A stretch of DNA of 63,477 bases, the filler included, from Octopus bimaculoides (lineage: Eukaryota): assembly GCF_001194135.2 (NCBI RefSeq). It is 5 parts of 4 records of this genome, joined end to end, with 100 filler letters (N's around TTAATTAATTAA, not from the genome) between each part and the next. Parts side by side here need not be neighbours in the genome. Positions count along the whole stretch, not along the records: positions 1 to 26,919 come from NC_068989.1; 4 more parts are not named here. The stretch is one strand, 5' to 3'. Shown here piece by piece: positions 1 through 13,620 of the stretch. Under the pieces are notes generated by a model that saw only the letters and a program-made list of their open reading frames with translations, ran no database searches and was not told the origin of the DNA. Position numbers and translations under genes: made by a program. Position 1 is the stretch's first letter. Every line of letters starts with the position of its first letter.

Positions 1-1115
1 TATATATATATATATATATATATATGCTATGCATCACTTTTCAAGAACACGTGATCGCTATTCTGCTGTCGGGTATCGAAAGCTCGTTAATATTAAAACA
101 CACATACTCCACTACTAATGTATAACTCTTAAGTTTCTATTTAGGCGAGAATATAAGAGATGTATCTATCCATCAATTTCTCTCATTCTTTGTCAGACAC
201 ATACATGTACACACAAATACAAACACACATACGCACAAGCGCTCACGCTGCCGCACAGAAACACACGTTCACATGCGCCCACTTCAGCGCACACGCTTCA
301 ACGACATCTCTCCATCGTATTAATCTGTGATTGCATTATTATTGACTTGATCATGACATTAATAAAATGGTCCAATCCTTTTCTCAAATAAGCCAAATAG
401 AGAAGAAAGGAATGCAGTCAAATGAATAGAATGCAATTCATCATAATTAGTTATTTAATAAATCCCTTTAACTGGCATCCATGAGATGACGACTTATCAA
501 ATTTCATATTTAAACGAACCAGATTTACTTCAACAACTGCACTTGCTCCACCAGTTTATGTATCGAACTGTAGAGTGAATTATAAGTGATTTCTAACTTG
601 TTAACGTATTCCTGTCTGTTGGGTTCAAGTACCACATAACTAAGATTTGAAGTACTTATATGCATGTTATATGATTTGTTCGACGGCACTATTACATTTA
701 GAAGCACCAGCAACTAATTGTTGACGGTTCTGTTACTTTAAAGGGCTATGTACAAAACTATCTTGGAGAGAAATTCATTACACCACACTGAGCAACAAAG
801 TTGGCTTTATGAAGTCACTACACGTGTAGAGGACATTGCAAAACGTGGTCCTAAATACACAAACAAAAATATGTTGATCATAGATGAAACTTATTTGATA
901 AGAAGTCTCCTGGATAAAAGTTAAGCTGGGACTAAACAACAACATCAACAGCAACCGTTAATGGGACGCTCCAATGAGGAAGATTTTATGTAGTGATTGA
1001 GGGGAACGTGGCGACACGTGGCTAAAGAATAATCGAGCTTACTCGGATCCGGCCGGCATATTCTTTTGAAACAAAATAACAGCTCAATAAAATCACGGGC
1101 TTCTATACAAATATT

Positions 1116-1145
1116 CATACATACATACATACATACATACATACA

Positions 1146-1174
<29 letters not shown>
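1116..1174. repeat. (CATA)n microsatellite, left edge of a LINE insertion stack
   Basis: Perfect CATA run directly upstream of the RLE fragment at 1175. Confidence 0.95.
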
Positions 1175-1176
<2 letters not shown>

Positions 1177-1388
1177 GTAACACACTACCTAAATGCCAAT
1201 CGTGAGAAATTAGGCCTCTCAAAAACCAGAAAGGACAAAGCTAATTCGAAGACTACAGATCCAATCCATCACTGAAACTGTAAAAATCTGTATAACCTTC
1301 CAGAAATGTATCATTTCAATATATATGAGCATGTCTGTATATGCAACTATATGCATGAGAAAAAATACATAAAACATACAAATCTACA
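1175..1388 (+). mobile_element. 5'-truncated 3' end of RLE-type non-LTR retrotransposon (family A, CATA-associated)
   Basis: Aligns with 24165-24390 (ctaaat..aatc.tgagaaattagg...attcgaagactacagat.caa..catcactgaaact.taaaaatc); followed by (CATA)n at 1389-1432. Confidence 0.85.
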
Positions 1389-1440
1389 CATACATACATA
1401 CATACATACATACATACATACATACATACATAAAAAAAAA

Positions 1441-1542
1441 TCTGTTGTTGATGTTGAAATTCCAATGAAGGAGCCTTCTATGTAGGTTAGAAACCGGTTC
1501 TTTCTCTATTGGCAAGGAATCTTGAAATAAACTGAATAATGG
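1441..1542. mobile_element. ~100 bp unassigned fragment flanked on both sides by (CATA)n; probable retroelement 3' end
   Basis: Unique sequence between CATA runs 1389-1432 and 1547-1577; family not identified. Confidence 0.4.
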
Positions 1543-1577
1543 CATGCATACATACATACATACATACAGACATACAT

Positions 1578-1888
1578 GGTGGTTGTCTACTCCTTATGCA
1601 GAGTTTGACTACCTCTTATACCTTAGATCCATCATCGTATCTGATGTGGCTTTTCAAACCAGGCAGTATATTGAAAAGACACCCACATAGATTGCATATT
1701 TGATTTGGAATACCAAGAGCTGCAGTTATGTTCTGATCTTTGTGGCTCTTAACATATCTTTTAAGGTCTCTGTTAGATTTGCAGATATTATAGCATACAC
1801 AGCATTGAAAGATGTGCACAGATATATAAGCAGAGTAGTTAGTGGAGATTGGTTTTTCGTGGGTCTGTAAATGAAATTTGAGTCCAGC
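1578..1888 (-). mobile_element. 3' end of RTE-like LINE with C2H2-like zinc-finger motifs (family C)
   Basis: Minus frame: AGLKFHLQTH, CCVCYNICKSNRDLKRYVKSH, CNLCGCLFNILPGLKSHIR; paralogous to 47494-47674; (TATG)n on both sides in element orientation. Confidence 0.7.
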
Positions 1889-1973
1889 AAAAAAAAAGCA
1901 TACATACACGCATACATACATACATACATACATACATACATACATACATACATACATACATACTACATACATA

Positions 1974-2290
1974 TCAAGCAAAGTAAAAATTAACAGCATT
2001 GGCAAGATGAGTAACCTTTCCAAGAACCGTGATAGGAACTTGAAATGTTACCAAGAATCAAAACCTTCTGATGGCAAATGCCAATTGTGCCACAGCTCTC
2101 TAGATGATATATTCCATCTAAGTAGTTGTTTAACAATATCCATAAGGTGTTACCATTCCATGAGATATGATATCGTTATTAAAGCTACATACTATGATTT
2201 CTGCTAGAACTTCTGCCCTGAATCTAATACCAAACGCACATGGGAGATATCTGAAAACTTGAAAAACTGATTTGCTTCGAACAAAAGAAA
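1974..2290 (+). mobile_element. RLE LINE fragment with degenerate CCHC knuckle (family A-related)
   Basis: CQLCHSSLDDIFHLSSC...MRYDIV resembles CRL..VNTEDITHI..GCP...IKHDIV at 23700-23830; starts right after (CATA)n 1899-1973. Confidence 0.65.
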
Positions 2291-2299
2291 CTTGTCACT

Positions 2300-2640
2300 A
2301 ACGTGTATTCTGCAATGAATACCAAAGAAAACGTATACACTTGCATAGCGACAGTGATATCATAAATCAGACATACTGAACAGTAAATATGACTATCACC
2401 CAGTTTAGCACTATCACATTTCTTTTTTAGTGCTACTCCTCTTCTGTTGCAAGCTTTTTTTATCTCTTTTGTCGTCCGTGAGAAACTCCGTATTTTGAGC
2501 AACACAAGATTTATGGCTTTTTATTTTCCTTTTCCCTATCTGTACTTCTGCTGAAACTGCCAGGGCCCTGGGCAGTACTGTAGGTTCACTGACAAAATCG
2601 ACGAATGTTGAGACTAATGACTCCACTAAGAATTGCTAAT
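2300..2640 (-). mobile_element. Possible decayed pogo/DDE-1-like transposase C-terminus
   Basis: Basic stretch (GKRKIKSHKSC..KRDKK) followed by YCSVC in another frame; weak resemblance only. Confidence 0.25.
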
Positions 2641-2905
2641 ACTCAATATTGGAGAAGAGCGCGATGAAAGATGTATATATATATATATATATATATATNN
2701 NNNNNNNNNNNNNNNNNNNNNNNNNNNNNNNNNNNNNNNNNNNNNNNNNNNNNNNNNNNNNNNNNNNNNNNNNNNNNNNNNNNNNNNNNNNNNNNNNNNN
2801 NNNNNNNNNNNNNNNNNNNNNNNNNNNNNNNNNNNNNNNNNNNNNNNNNNNNNNNNNNNNNNNNNNNNNNNNNNNNNNNNNNNNNNNNNNNNNNNNNNNN
2901 NNNNN

Positions 2906-2976
<71 letters not shown>

Positions 2977-3600
2977 TACAGTTTGACAGATCATTTACGT
3001 AAGGCCTTCAAGCAAATGTGAAGCAAGTTAACGAAGTTTTACATAATCTAGGTAATTAGGTAAATGCAGTTTTTGTACTCCCTTCTATTGCTATTGAATT
3101 TAAGGAAATAAAACAAACATTTTAAATTCTGTCTTACAGTTAAATATTTGAAGCCTATACTTGCAATTATTTTTAGAGTTGTTGATGAAAATAGGAATAT
3201 GTTACTTATATATTACATTTAAGGATTATGCGTATTATTAGAAACAAAAATAATGGCAATGATAATATTATTTGGTAAAATATTTCTTCAAATTAACTCC
3301 ACAAGCTGATGAAAAACAAACAGAATATCTAATGGCATGCTAACATCTCATACTGAAAGCCCACATACTGGGACCTGCTAAAGTTATTTGGCTGTTACTC
3401 GATATTTTGAAATATTCTTTCATGTCACCTTTATAGCTATTTTCGCAAATAATTCCTTCATTTTGTTTTACCTTACTTTTGTTTTTGTTTTATGTTCGTG
3501 TGTAGTGCTTCAGTTTCAAAATAAATTATAACGCGTTTTTCGTTCGATTAAAACATCATACAAAATGCATAATGGAGCTGTTAGCGGGAATATGTTCAAC

Positions 3601-3601
<1 letters not shown>

Positions 3602-3631
<30 letters not shown>

Positions 3632-3791
3632 AAGAAGAAGAAGAAGAAGAAGAAGAAGAAGAAGAAGAAGAAGAAGAAGAAGAAGGAGGAGGAGGAGGAG
3701 GAGGAGAAGAAGAAGAAGAAGAAGAAGAAGAAGAAGAAGAAGAAGAAGAAGAAGAAGAAGAAGAAGAAGAAGAAGAAGAAGAAGAAGAAGA
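3602..3791. repeat. Compound (GAA)n-(GGA)n-(GAA)n microsatellite
   Basis: Direct reading; explains the poly-K/F/S/L ORFs. Confidence 0.95.
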
Positions 3792-4886
3792 AAACGAAGA
3801 AGAAAACAACGACGATGATGAGTATTTTGAATATGATAATAAATATAATAAAAATGAGAAGCATTTAAAGTAAACATTTTACCAAGCTGCATTTTTGTTA
3901 GTATATTTTTAGATATTTTTTTCCTCTTCTGATGAAAATAAACGAAGAAATTTAACTTAAATCGAGAAATACAACTTAAAAATATCCGCGAATAAATTTC
4001 GATTGATATGAAAGAAATAAACTTATTAACTCTATTGATACCACTTTCGGAACATTGTGGTGGTCTTAATAAAACTTTACATGTTATCAATACTAGCATT
4101 TTCTCTATTCTTAGATGTAATCAACTCTATTGATTTCTGCAGATTTACGGCACGTTCAGCTGTGACTCATTTATTAACAAAAACCAGCACGAAAACACCA
4201 CTGGCTTATCCAGTCAAAAGAACTCATTATTAATCTAACCAATACTGAGAACATTGCGTAAGGCATATTCGTCACAACTTTTCTATGGCATCATCTAATG
4301 TCTTTGAATTTAATTCTTATAAGGGCAACTATTTCTGAGTATCTTTTTCTGTGATATATTTTACCAAGTTAGTAATACTTGCATAAAATACATTTCTATG
4401 AAAATGATTTTTAATATTTCTCTAAAATATCACATGGGATTTTGATTCCTAGCCATGGAATTTCTTGTTTAGAATTCTATATACTTTCCTGGATAGGGAA
4501 ATCGGTATGAGTGTTTAGAGCACAATTTAATCCATTAACTAACGAAATCTTACTTGGATTTATTTGAAGTTCGAAAGATCAAAATGCTGAATACACTCAT
4601 CTGTTATTTAAATTATTGTGTTATACATTTTACCTAACTTCAGCTAGTTCTATTGCGCTAATAGTGTTACAATAGAAAATAGACAAACTGTGTCGCACGC
4701 TTTCCACTTTCAGTTATTTGTGTCATTGTCACAGCTAATGACTTAACTAATGGATATTACCATGCATGGCATTGGGTAAAGTAATAGACAATAAATATTA
4801 AAAGGAACTTGAAGCCTTCATATATTGGCTGAAAGACTGTTCTGGTACAGTTATATGTGAGACTATTTAGTATTTACAAAATTCAA

Positions 4887-5117
4887 GGCGGTGAGCTGGC
4901 AGAAACCTTAGCGCGCCGGGCGAAATGCTTATCGGTATTTCGTCTGCCGTAACGTTCTGAGTTCAAATTGCGCCGACGTCCACTTTGCCTTTCATCCTTT
5001 CGGGGTCGATAAATTAAGTACCAGTTACGCACTGGGGTCGATGTGATCGACTTAAACCCTGTGTCTGTCCTTGTTTGTCCCCTCTATGTTTAGCCCCTTG
5101 TGGGCAATAAAGAAATA
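4887..5117 (+). mobile_element. tRNA-derived SINE family 1, full length
   Basis: Head ggcggtgagctggcagaa, B-box-like gagttcaaat, tail ..gggcaataaagaaata; homologous copies elsewhere in the window. Confidence 0.85.
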
Positions 5118-5310
5118 AGAAACGTTGTCGCGCTGAGCAAATTGCTAAGTGGCATTTCGCCGTCTTTACGTTTTGAGTTCAAATGCCGCCGAGGTCGATT
5201 TTGCCTTTCCATTCTTTCGGGGTGGATAAAATACGTACCGATTGAACACTGAAGTTGACTTACCTCCTTCTCAGAACTTGTTGGTCTTGTGCAAAGAAAT
5301 CAATATTTAC
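5118..5310 (+). mobile_element. Second, 5'-clipped SINE family 1 variant in tandem
   Basis: Repeats the body (gagttcaaat.ccgccgaggtcga.tttgcctt) immediately after the first copy. Confidence 0.75.
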
Positions 5311-5994
5311 AAAATACAAATGCACTGTATCTCACTTCGCAGATAGCACATCTTTTCACAGACGCTTCACAAACAATAAGTTCGCTCTTAAGAATAAGGC
5401 AGGGACCTAATGCACGTGTTATTAAGCCGGCCTTCAAAATACCTATTCCTTTTCTGAAAAGGGAATGTCACATTGATATTGTAGCACTGGATTTGAAATT
5501 TTTGAAAGAATGGGATGACTATGGTTGGTATGTCCTGAGTTTAAACGACAAGAAATTGGAACCAAATTAACTGACCATATCCTTTAGACTTCATAAGTAC
5601 ACAAAGTTCTTGAGCTAAGAAACCAGCTGTTCAGCCAGTCGATCATTTGTTATAAAGCAAGTTTCATTGGAAAACCTAATTCAGTTCCTCGTTAACTTCT
5701 CTGACTTTAGCTTAGCAACAATTCTAGCTGCTAACACTATTTCATTAAGTTCTGTTTCACATTTATATTGCTATGACAGGAAGACAAAAATTTATGCAAC
5801 CTTCATGTTTCTATTAATATTTTTCAAATGTTTGCCATATTATCTATGTAATGTTTTCAAGATTATTCAATATATTCAATAAAATTCGATTCCACGACGC
5901 ATGTAATAAACCGAATCTCTTTAACATGAAAAAGAGACAAATAGAAAATGTAAATTATTACAGTATATTGGAAATATAATCGACTGCTAACTGC

Positions 5995-6184
5995 TGTAGG
6001 GAATTAGTAATAATTGTACGCCCTTCCCACGTGACGAATAGAATAAGATATTAAAGAGAAGTACTTGAAGTAACAGAGAAGGTAGTAAGCTGTCAAGAGA
6101 TAGTCGTATCTTTACTGGTTTCACTAAGTATACTGTATGCCGAAGTGGGCGTTATATCAATCCAACATTTTAAGGATTATAATA
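5995..6184 (+). repeat. 5' LTR
   Basis: Starts TGTAGGGAATTAGTAATAA; homologous to 8471-8703; followed by PBS. Confidence 0.85.
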
Positions 6185-8470
6185 GTGGCGACGAGGATTC
6201 AAACAACACACGAGGACTTAATAAACTCGACGAAGATTTAAACACTCACGAGGAATTAACAACTCACGAGAAGTTAACAGACTCATAAAAGTTTTGCTGT
6301 GTGAATTTAATGAAAAACAAAACCGTAAAAAATATGGAAAATTTGTTGGCCGGTTTGCTCGAGTTGCAAAAGCAGCAGCAACAACAACAACAATAATTAC
6401 TATTACAGCAACAAATGCTGCATTTAATGAAGTAGTCAGGAATGTTTTAAAAAAGTTTCACGAACTCCATAAGAGAGTTCAAATACCAACCTAACGAAGG
6501 AGTTACCTTCGAAGCATACTACAGAAGATATGAGCAAATCTTCGAGAAAGAATGTAGAGAGTGAGACGACAAGATGAAAACACGATTAACCTTGGGGAAA
6601 CTGGCGGCAACAGAACATGAACGATACGGTAATTATGTACTCCAAAGAAAACCTTCGGACATAAACTTTAATGACACAATAGATATATTGCGTAAAACTT
6701 TCAGTGAAAAATGTTCATTGTTCAACTCACGTTGGAAGTGTCTGAACGTAGAGAAAAACAACGACGAGGACTACATCACATATGCTGGTAGAGGAAACGG
6801 AATGCGAGAAGTTTAAGCTGGACGAATTAACACCAAATATATTCAAATGCCTGATATTTACACAGGCAATTACTGCCAAAGAACGCAGAAGTTAGAAATA
6901 GAATTCTCGCAAACCTGGAACAAAACGAGGATGTAACCCTACAGCGATTGTCAGAAGAATGTGAAAGGATATTCAAATTAAAACACGACAGAGAAGAAAC
7001 TGAACGTAAAGATTGTTTCTAATAAAGCAAGGGCGAAGAAGTCAGAATGGAAACAAAGTGTTTTCTAAGAAAACACGACAAAAATCGGGAAATGAACCCG
7101 TTTTGCATGTGGAAGTATACACTTGAGGAAAAATTGTCCATTTAAAAAAGCGTAGTGCTTTCGTTGTGGAAATAGAGCACATATAAAGACGCACTGTAGA
7201 ACTAAGATGATAAAACCTCAGAACACACGAAAAAGAATAAATAGCGTCATCGGAAGAAATTGGAAATATAGCGATGAGGAAATTCGTGAAGGTGAAAATT
7301 AGAAATACAAGTGTTAAAATGAAATTAGATACTGGAAGGGATATCGCCATTATAAAATAAAATACTTAGAAATATGTCGGTAAGCCGAAATTAATTAAAA
7401 CGAATGAGGCAGCACTTGGTGTTACGGGAAAAAGATTAAATTTTTTCTGGGAATTTGTATGTAATATAGCATTTCTGAGTCAAACGAAAAAGGCAAAGAT
7501 ATAAGTGTTAAAAGTACACTGAAGTTGACACAGAGTGGGTGGAACTATTCAAGTTGTGGTATACGCCCATAAGTATTTTGTGTGGAAATATAGTTGGTTC
7601 ACTAAAACAGAGTAGAACACCTGTATCTAAGCCAAAACTAAATGAAAAATTACCCACGATAACAAGTAAACATTCTTCAAAAGTAGATGTTCCGTGGTCG
7701 AGTCTACACATCGATTTCGTTGGTCCTTTAAATGTTTCTTACTAATTAGTGGTAGTTGATAGTTTCTCGAAATGGCCTGAAATTTGTAAGTGTAAAAAGC
7801 CAACATCCTTAACTGTGATAAACTTTTTACACAAATTGTTTGCAAGATTTGGCATCCTAAACAAGATGGCGTCTGAAGGAAGTCATGGATGAGGTAGCTC
7901 TACAACAATTTTTAAGAGTGTACCGTGTGACAACAAATCCGAATACACCAGCAGGTAGCTCACCAATGGAGCTGATGTTTGTATAGAAAGCAAAGTCAGT
8001 CTTTGATAAATTTCTCCCAGGCAAGTAAAGAAAAAGTGCCAAGGAAGACATAGTAAGATTTCTTAAAGTTGCAGAAAAGGTGTATATGAGAGCATACAAG
8101 AATGGAAAGCAGAGTTGGGAGGATGAAGTACTTACCAAACGCATAGGTAAAATGATGTATTCGTAAAAAGCAGAAAACGCATACAAATGAGACACAGAAA
8201 CCAATTGAAACAGAGATTCGTGGAAAGCGAAACAAAGAAGTTGGAGGAACAGGTCGAATAGTTGTACGATACGTACCAACGTCACTGCAGGTGATTGAAC
8301 CCCAGCGTAGAAGTGAGAGGGAAAAACATACAGAGTTCCTGAAAGTAGATGCCAAGCGCAAAAACTTTTAAATTGTACGGAAGATACTCAAATATGGGAG
8401 GTGGAGTGAATAGATAAAAATTCTTGCTAAATAAAATAATACTTAAGAGAAAACTTAAAAGGGGAGATAT

Positions 8471-8703
8471 TGTTGGGAATTAGTAATAACGGTACACCCC
8501 TCCTACGTGACGAATGTAATAAGCTAGTTACTAGAAGTAAAGAGAAGTATGTGAAGTACCAGATTAGGTAATAGGCGGTCAGTGATAGTCGTGTTTTTAC
8601 TGGTTTCATTAAAAAAGTGTGCTGCACACCGAAGTGGGCATGCCGAACTATGCTCTATATCGAAGTCGGAGTTATAACAATTCAACATTGTAAAGATACA
8701 ACA
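8471..8703 (+). repeat. 3' LTR
   Basis: Starts TGTTGGGAATTAGTAATAA after the polypurine tract; ends ..GATACAACA. Confidence 0.85.
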
Positions 8704-10562
8704 CAAACTGTAAATAATGTATACTGATCTGTTTCGGATATTTCGTACTGCTTAAATGAACTATGCCGCGTTCAGATACATTTGGCTCTAAAAATTCCCA
8801 ATATAAAATGCACAGACGAAATAGCGAATTGAATGGAACATATTATGCTTTCTTACCTGCTTCAAAACAGAGCATGGTAGAATATACAACAATATTTGAA
8901 GCCATGATATATCGAATGCACTTTAAATATAAATAACTGGTCAAGATCATTAAAAACAATGTCGGGTGTATATGTACACAATCAATATAGAATATACAGT
9001 CAATATAGAATTGTATTTATGTGTCTTTTACACTCGACTATTCTATTCTTAATATTTTCTTTTCCGGCTTCCACCCGAAATATTTCGTTTTCATATATTT
9101 GAAAAGTAGATTTCTGAAAGCATTGATATAGATTGATTCTCAGAACAAATCGCTGTGCTTTTGCTGAAATATATGTTTGGTCTTCACGAGAGCATGCTGA
9201 CAAATCCAGATATATTCCTATCAAAAAATGTACGTTTATTGTTATTGTTGCGTGAGGTGCTCTATATCTGTTATGATACATAATGTCCTTACACCTGTTT
9301 AAAGGCCACTCTCAATATAACGTTTCTCAAAGTTTACAATAAATATGCATTCATTTCAATATTATTACAGACCAGTTTTCTGACTCTTGTTTTCATCTTT
9401 TAAAATAGAATTTAACTTGATTAATTTCAAATTATCATATTAATTTTATTTTAATTTAGTCAACATCAGAATGGGAGGAACTCGTTAATACGATTTATAT
9501 AAATTCTATACTCTGTATACGTCACTGAATATCAACTTAACTGCTTAGCCATTTATCTGTATATCATATTTAAAGAACGGACGGTGTAATGAGTATATCA
9601 CCACCTCTGGTTGCATTAAAGTATTCTTGAAATTATGGGGCACTACCTCCTATAATTGTCAAGTTTTCCTTGTCAGTATTGCGTAATTTTCCAACAAACT
9701 AACTTTTCTGTGATGATCAGTGTCAATCATATAAATATGATAGTTCAACCCTAATCGAACAGTATGTTTAAACTAATAAAGCAAAGAAAGGAAATTAGAC
9801 ATCGTATTCATAGTCATGAAGGCGATGTTGAATCTAGTTCACTGATATTGATCATCATCTGGAGCGGATGAATATAGCACGCACAGCATACTAGTACGGC
9901 TTATTGATTTCGTTTCAGTTAAGTGCCGTTGCTGCATCCAGGTTATGTTTGAAGAACAGAATATAATTTAGTGATTGTTTGTTTAGTGTGGGATGGACAT
10001 TCATTCAATTTATTTTGCCGATTCTAGAATATATAATATGGTTTCTGCTTTATCTCTGTGTATCTGAAGAACTCACGGTAGTGTCTTCACTTTTATATTT
10101 TTATCACTGGATATTACATTCTGCTATCTATTGTTTATTTTTCTCGTGGTGTTTATGTTAGTGTTTATTTGACTTAATTATCAACACCAACTCAATGAAG
10201 TATTATATTCATTTATTCGCCATTGAAGTAGTCTGAAACAATGGAGAATATACTCCATAAATACATCTCTTCCTTTTCAACAATGAATCAAATTTGCTAA
10301 AGATGATATTGTCTCTCCACTCATGAGAATATTAACGTAGAAACCATGACAAGCTGAAATAGACGCGCCTAATTACATTCCTCTTACAATAAAAGTAATA
10401 CTTGACTTTGGTTTCTATATAACTTAAACACAAACCCACACATACACAAACAATTTTTTTAAAGCTTTGTGACACATATTTTATGTATACGAAACTGTTT
10501 TCTTTAACGACAGGACCAAAAATGACTTCCACGTGTACGTTTCTGTCGCTTTACAAAGCGTA

Positions 10563-11794
10563 CACAGGCATGACAAAGGTAAATAGACACTCTTATAATC
10601 GTGAAAATATATTTAGGTCAGAAATTATTTTTTCAAATTATTTATTACTTATTATAATGTGAATATTTAATGTTTAGTAGACATGCCACTTGCATTTGAA
10701 TAATGCACGGATATTATTAGGTATGCTACTTATGAGATGACGAATATTCAATTGAGGAATTTCTTGTCAAGTTTCATGCAATGATCTGAAAAGATCTGTC
10801 TTTGAAGATGATTCCTTGTTCTTTTTACGAAGTGTCCTTTTTATTATGCCCCTGATGTGTTCAACAGAATTCACATCTGGTGACTGGTTTGGCCATAGAA
10901 GTTTTTTAATGCCATTCTCTTCCAACAAATCTTTGGTCTTTTTAGCCGTGTGACAAGGAACCACATCTTCAATAAATAAAGAGTCTTTAATTATTTCACC
11001 ATTGGAGAAGACTGGAAGGAGTCCTTTTTGTAATATGGACACATATTTCAGTTTACTTTTCTCTCACATTCTACCAGCTCAGATCGACATTTGCTCCAAA
11101 TTGCTCCCCATACTATCACATAATAACCACCGTATTTCATTGTTGACTGCAATTTTGTCACGTCAAATTCTTGATCGTAGTGTCTCCCGACACACACTCG
11201 ACCACTGCCAGAAAATACAGAAATCTCTCATCAGAGAATATGTCCTAAAATATGACTGGCCTCTTCACCATCTCACTGGCCCGATCTTTTGTCCGTTTGA
11301 TATTGGCTCATCGAAGAAGTGGCTTCCTTCTTGCTGCTCTGCCACAGTAACCAGGTTTGTGGAGATACTTGACAGCTGTTCCGGGACTGATATCAACTAG
11401 TTCTGCTATGTGGGAGGCCTCGCAACGAGGATTATCCTCCATATTTCTCTTAACAAAACGAAGGGTCCCGTCAGAGGCTCTGAATGACCTGGGCTGGATG
11501 ATGTGATCTCCTTTCTCTATCTGCTGAATTACACAACCACTCTATTAACTAGAAAATGGGTCCCAAGGTTTTTCTGCGATTTTACTCCAATTCCACCTTT
11601 AGATTGACCCACAATACGGACTCTTTGAAATTCGGACAGCTCCAAGGATTTTTTTGTAAGTAGCATGATTAAACAGCCACATATGGAACTTAAAACATGG
11701 AAATCTCAATTAATAAACATATAAACCTTTTCAAGTTAAAGTAAACATTAAGCGATGTTTTATTGTGTGTCTATTTACTTATGTCATATCTGTG
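10563..11794 (-). mobile_element. Tc1-like DNA transposon, decayed, with TIRs and TA target duplication
   Basis: 28-bp imperfect TIRs (10563-10590 / 11767-11794) flanked by TA; minus frame EDVVPCHTAKKTK..WPNQSPDVNSVEH, a degenerate Tc1 D..E region. Confidence 0.9.
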
Positions 11795-12211
11795 TATGTA
11801 TTCATACTTCAGATTTCCTTTCAGCACAGACAAGCCTTATACTTCTCATCCAAAACATAAAACCCGAATAATAAGCAACTCTTAATTCCTCAAGAAATTC
11901 TAGCTTTCCAATGAGCAGCACTTCCGATTTTACACTTACAACTTTAATTCAAGTTTCTCTACTCATCTATACTTAAAACTGTATACACACAGGATACTTT
12001 ATACATTCTATTCTACTTTTGTCCGATATCACTAATGTCTTTCGTTCCCCAAACTGTTAACTAGGCAGTTTACACATACTTCAATAAATCTTCCTTCGGA
12101 AACACGCATATAATATTGTTGTTTATTTTTGTCTTATTCTGTTTTTGTAACTCATCTGGGTCAGTTGAAACATTCAGTGGTTTAGTATTTGAAAACTAAT
12201 AATTTTATGGG

Positions 12212-12388
12212 AGGCTGTAAGTCGATTACATCTACCTCAGTTTTAACTGGTACTTATTTTGTCGACTGCGAAAGGATGGAAAGGCAAAATCGACCTCGAT
12301 GGAATTTGAATCCAGAACGTAAAGATGAATGAAATGCCGCTAAACATTTTGACCTGCGTGCTAAAGAGTCAGTCAGCTCGCTGCCTTA
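12212..12388 (-). mobile_element. SINE family 1 copy
   Basis: Reverse-complement homology to 4887-5050. Confidence 0.8.
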
Positions 12389-13620
12389 AACACCCGATAT
12401 TTATTATATCATTTTCCCATATTCTCATGAGCGGTGGATATTAAGACTGATATACATTCTTGTCTCAAATCCAACGAAATCTGAATTAATCTTTCGTTCT
12501 TCCAGCATTACTCTTATAACTAACAGTCAAGTAATTATAAGATGTTAATTTCATCTATTGCGCATCCTCCCTCAACACAATGTTTCACACTGTATTCTGT
12601 CAATATAAGAAAACATGTTTACTTTTGCAATCAATTGTAACTTTAAAATCAATCACCTGCTGAATCATTTCCCAAATTCGATCTTTCTTTCTATTGATTG
12701 AATAAAAACAAAATCTTCTCGAGGTAGCAAATTTGATATGCAATAAATTTTCAAAGTTGCTCAATAATCTAACAATTGATCTTTATGTTTACATTTCATA
12801 TTAGTGAACTAATGCATCTGATTTAGCAATAAAAAACAAAATAAAAAGGTTTGTCGATAAAAGAATCTTAGAAGAAAATCAGATAAAAAGGGAAAATCAA
12901 ATTTGACAGTTTTAACACGTTCGCCTCATACTGTCTTTCGCTCAAAGGAATTTATTTATAAACACGCATACATACCTGTGAGTGGGGTGTAATATTTTAC
13001 AACTGAGTATTGCCTTACATCAGTCATGAATAAATTTCGGGAAACTTTAATCACTTTTGTAATTCCGATTGTAACAGTTTACTGGTGGAATGGCAACCAA
13101 CCAAAAATACTGAATACGAAAGACACTGCAGGAGCAGATTATATATCACACCGACTTAAATATCGCACGGCTAATAGGATTACAACAGGAATACTATATT
13201 CTTCCTCAGAACAAAACAGCAACACTGTTCAAGACGAAAGATATGTTTTGAAATTTCACCGTATTCAGCATTAATTCTACTTTTCAGCCGTCAATATTCC
13301 CTCTCTTTTTCTTTACACATCTCTTACTATTATATCAGAGTATCGATTATTGCTCGTAGCTGATTTGATTTTTACATTTCCCTCGCAGAATCTAGGCCAA
13401 TCTTTGTAAACATGTTTCAACTAAAATCCACTACAACATAATGATACTTACATTCATTTTTGTTTATTCAGTTCTGCTAATTTCCATACATAAATACTAT
13501 TGACTTTTCAAAGATATTCCAATTGGATATATTAAACACGACTCACACCCTCTTCGAAATTTTCTGATTTAATTTTACAGTAACATCAGTTATTTCGTAA
13601 CTCTAATAAGTAAAATATAT

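Larger units (their letters stand above)
5995..8703 (+). mobile_element. Gypsy LTR retrotransposon, internally deleted (gag-protease-partial integrase, no RT/RNase H seen)
   Basis: Two LTRs; PBS tggcgacgagg at 6186-6196; PPT aaaaggggaga at 8457-8467; gag relic (FEAYYRRYE, CSLFNSRWKCLN); protease KLDTG at ~7322-7336; integrase HIDFVGP..VVVDSFSKWPE at ~7707-7780; many stops and frameshifts. Confidence 0.9.

Noticed and set aside
10077-10232. Minus-strand 156-nt segment with strong acceptor and donor
   Set aside because: Stops in all three frames; could only be a non-coding or terminal exon, and nothing supports that.
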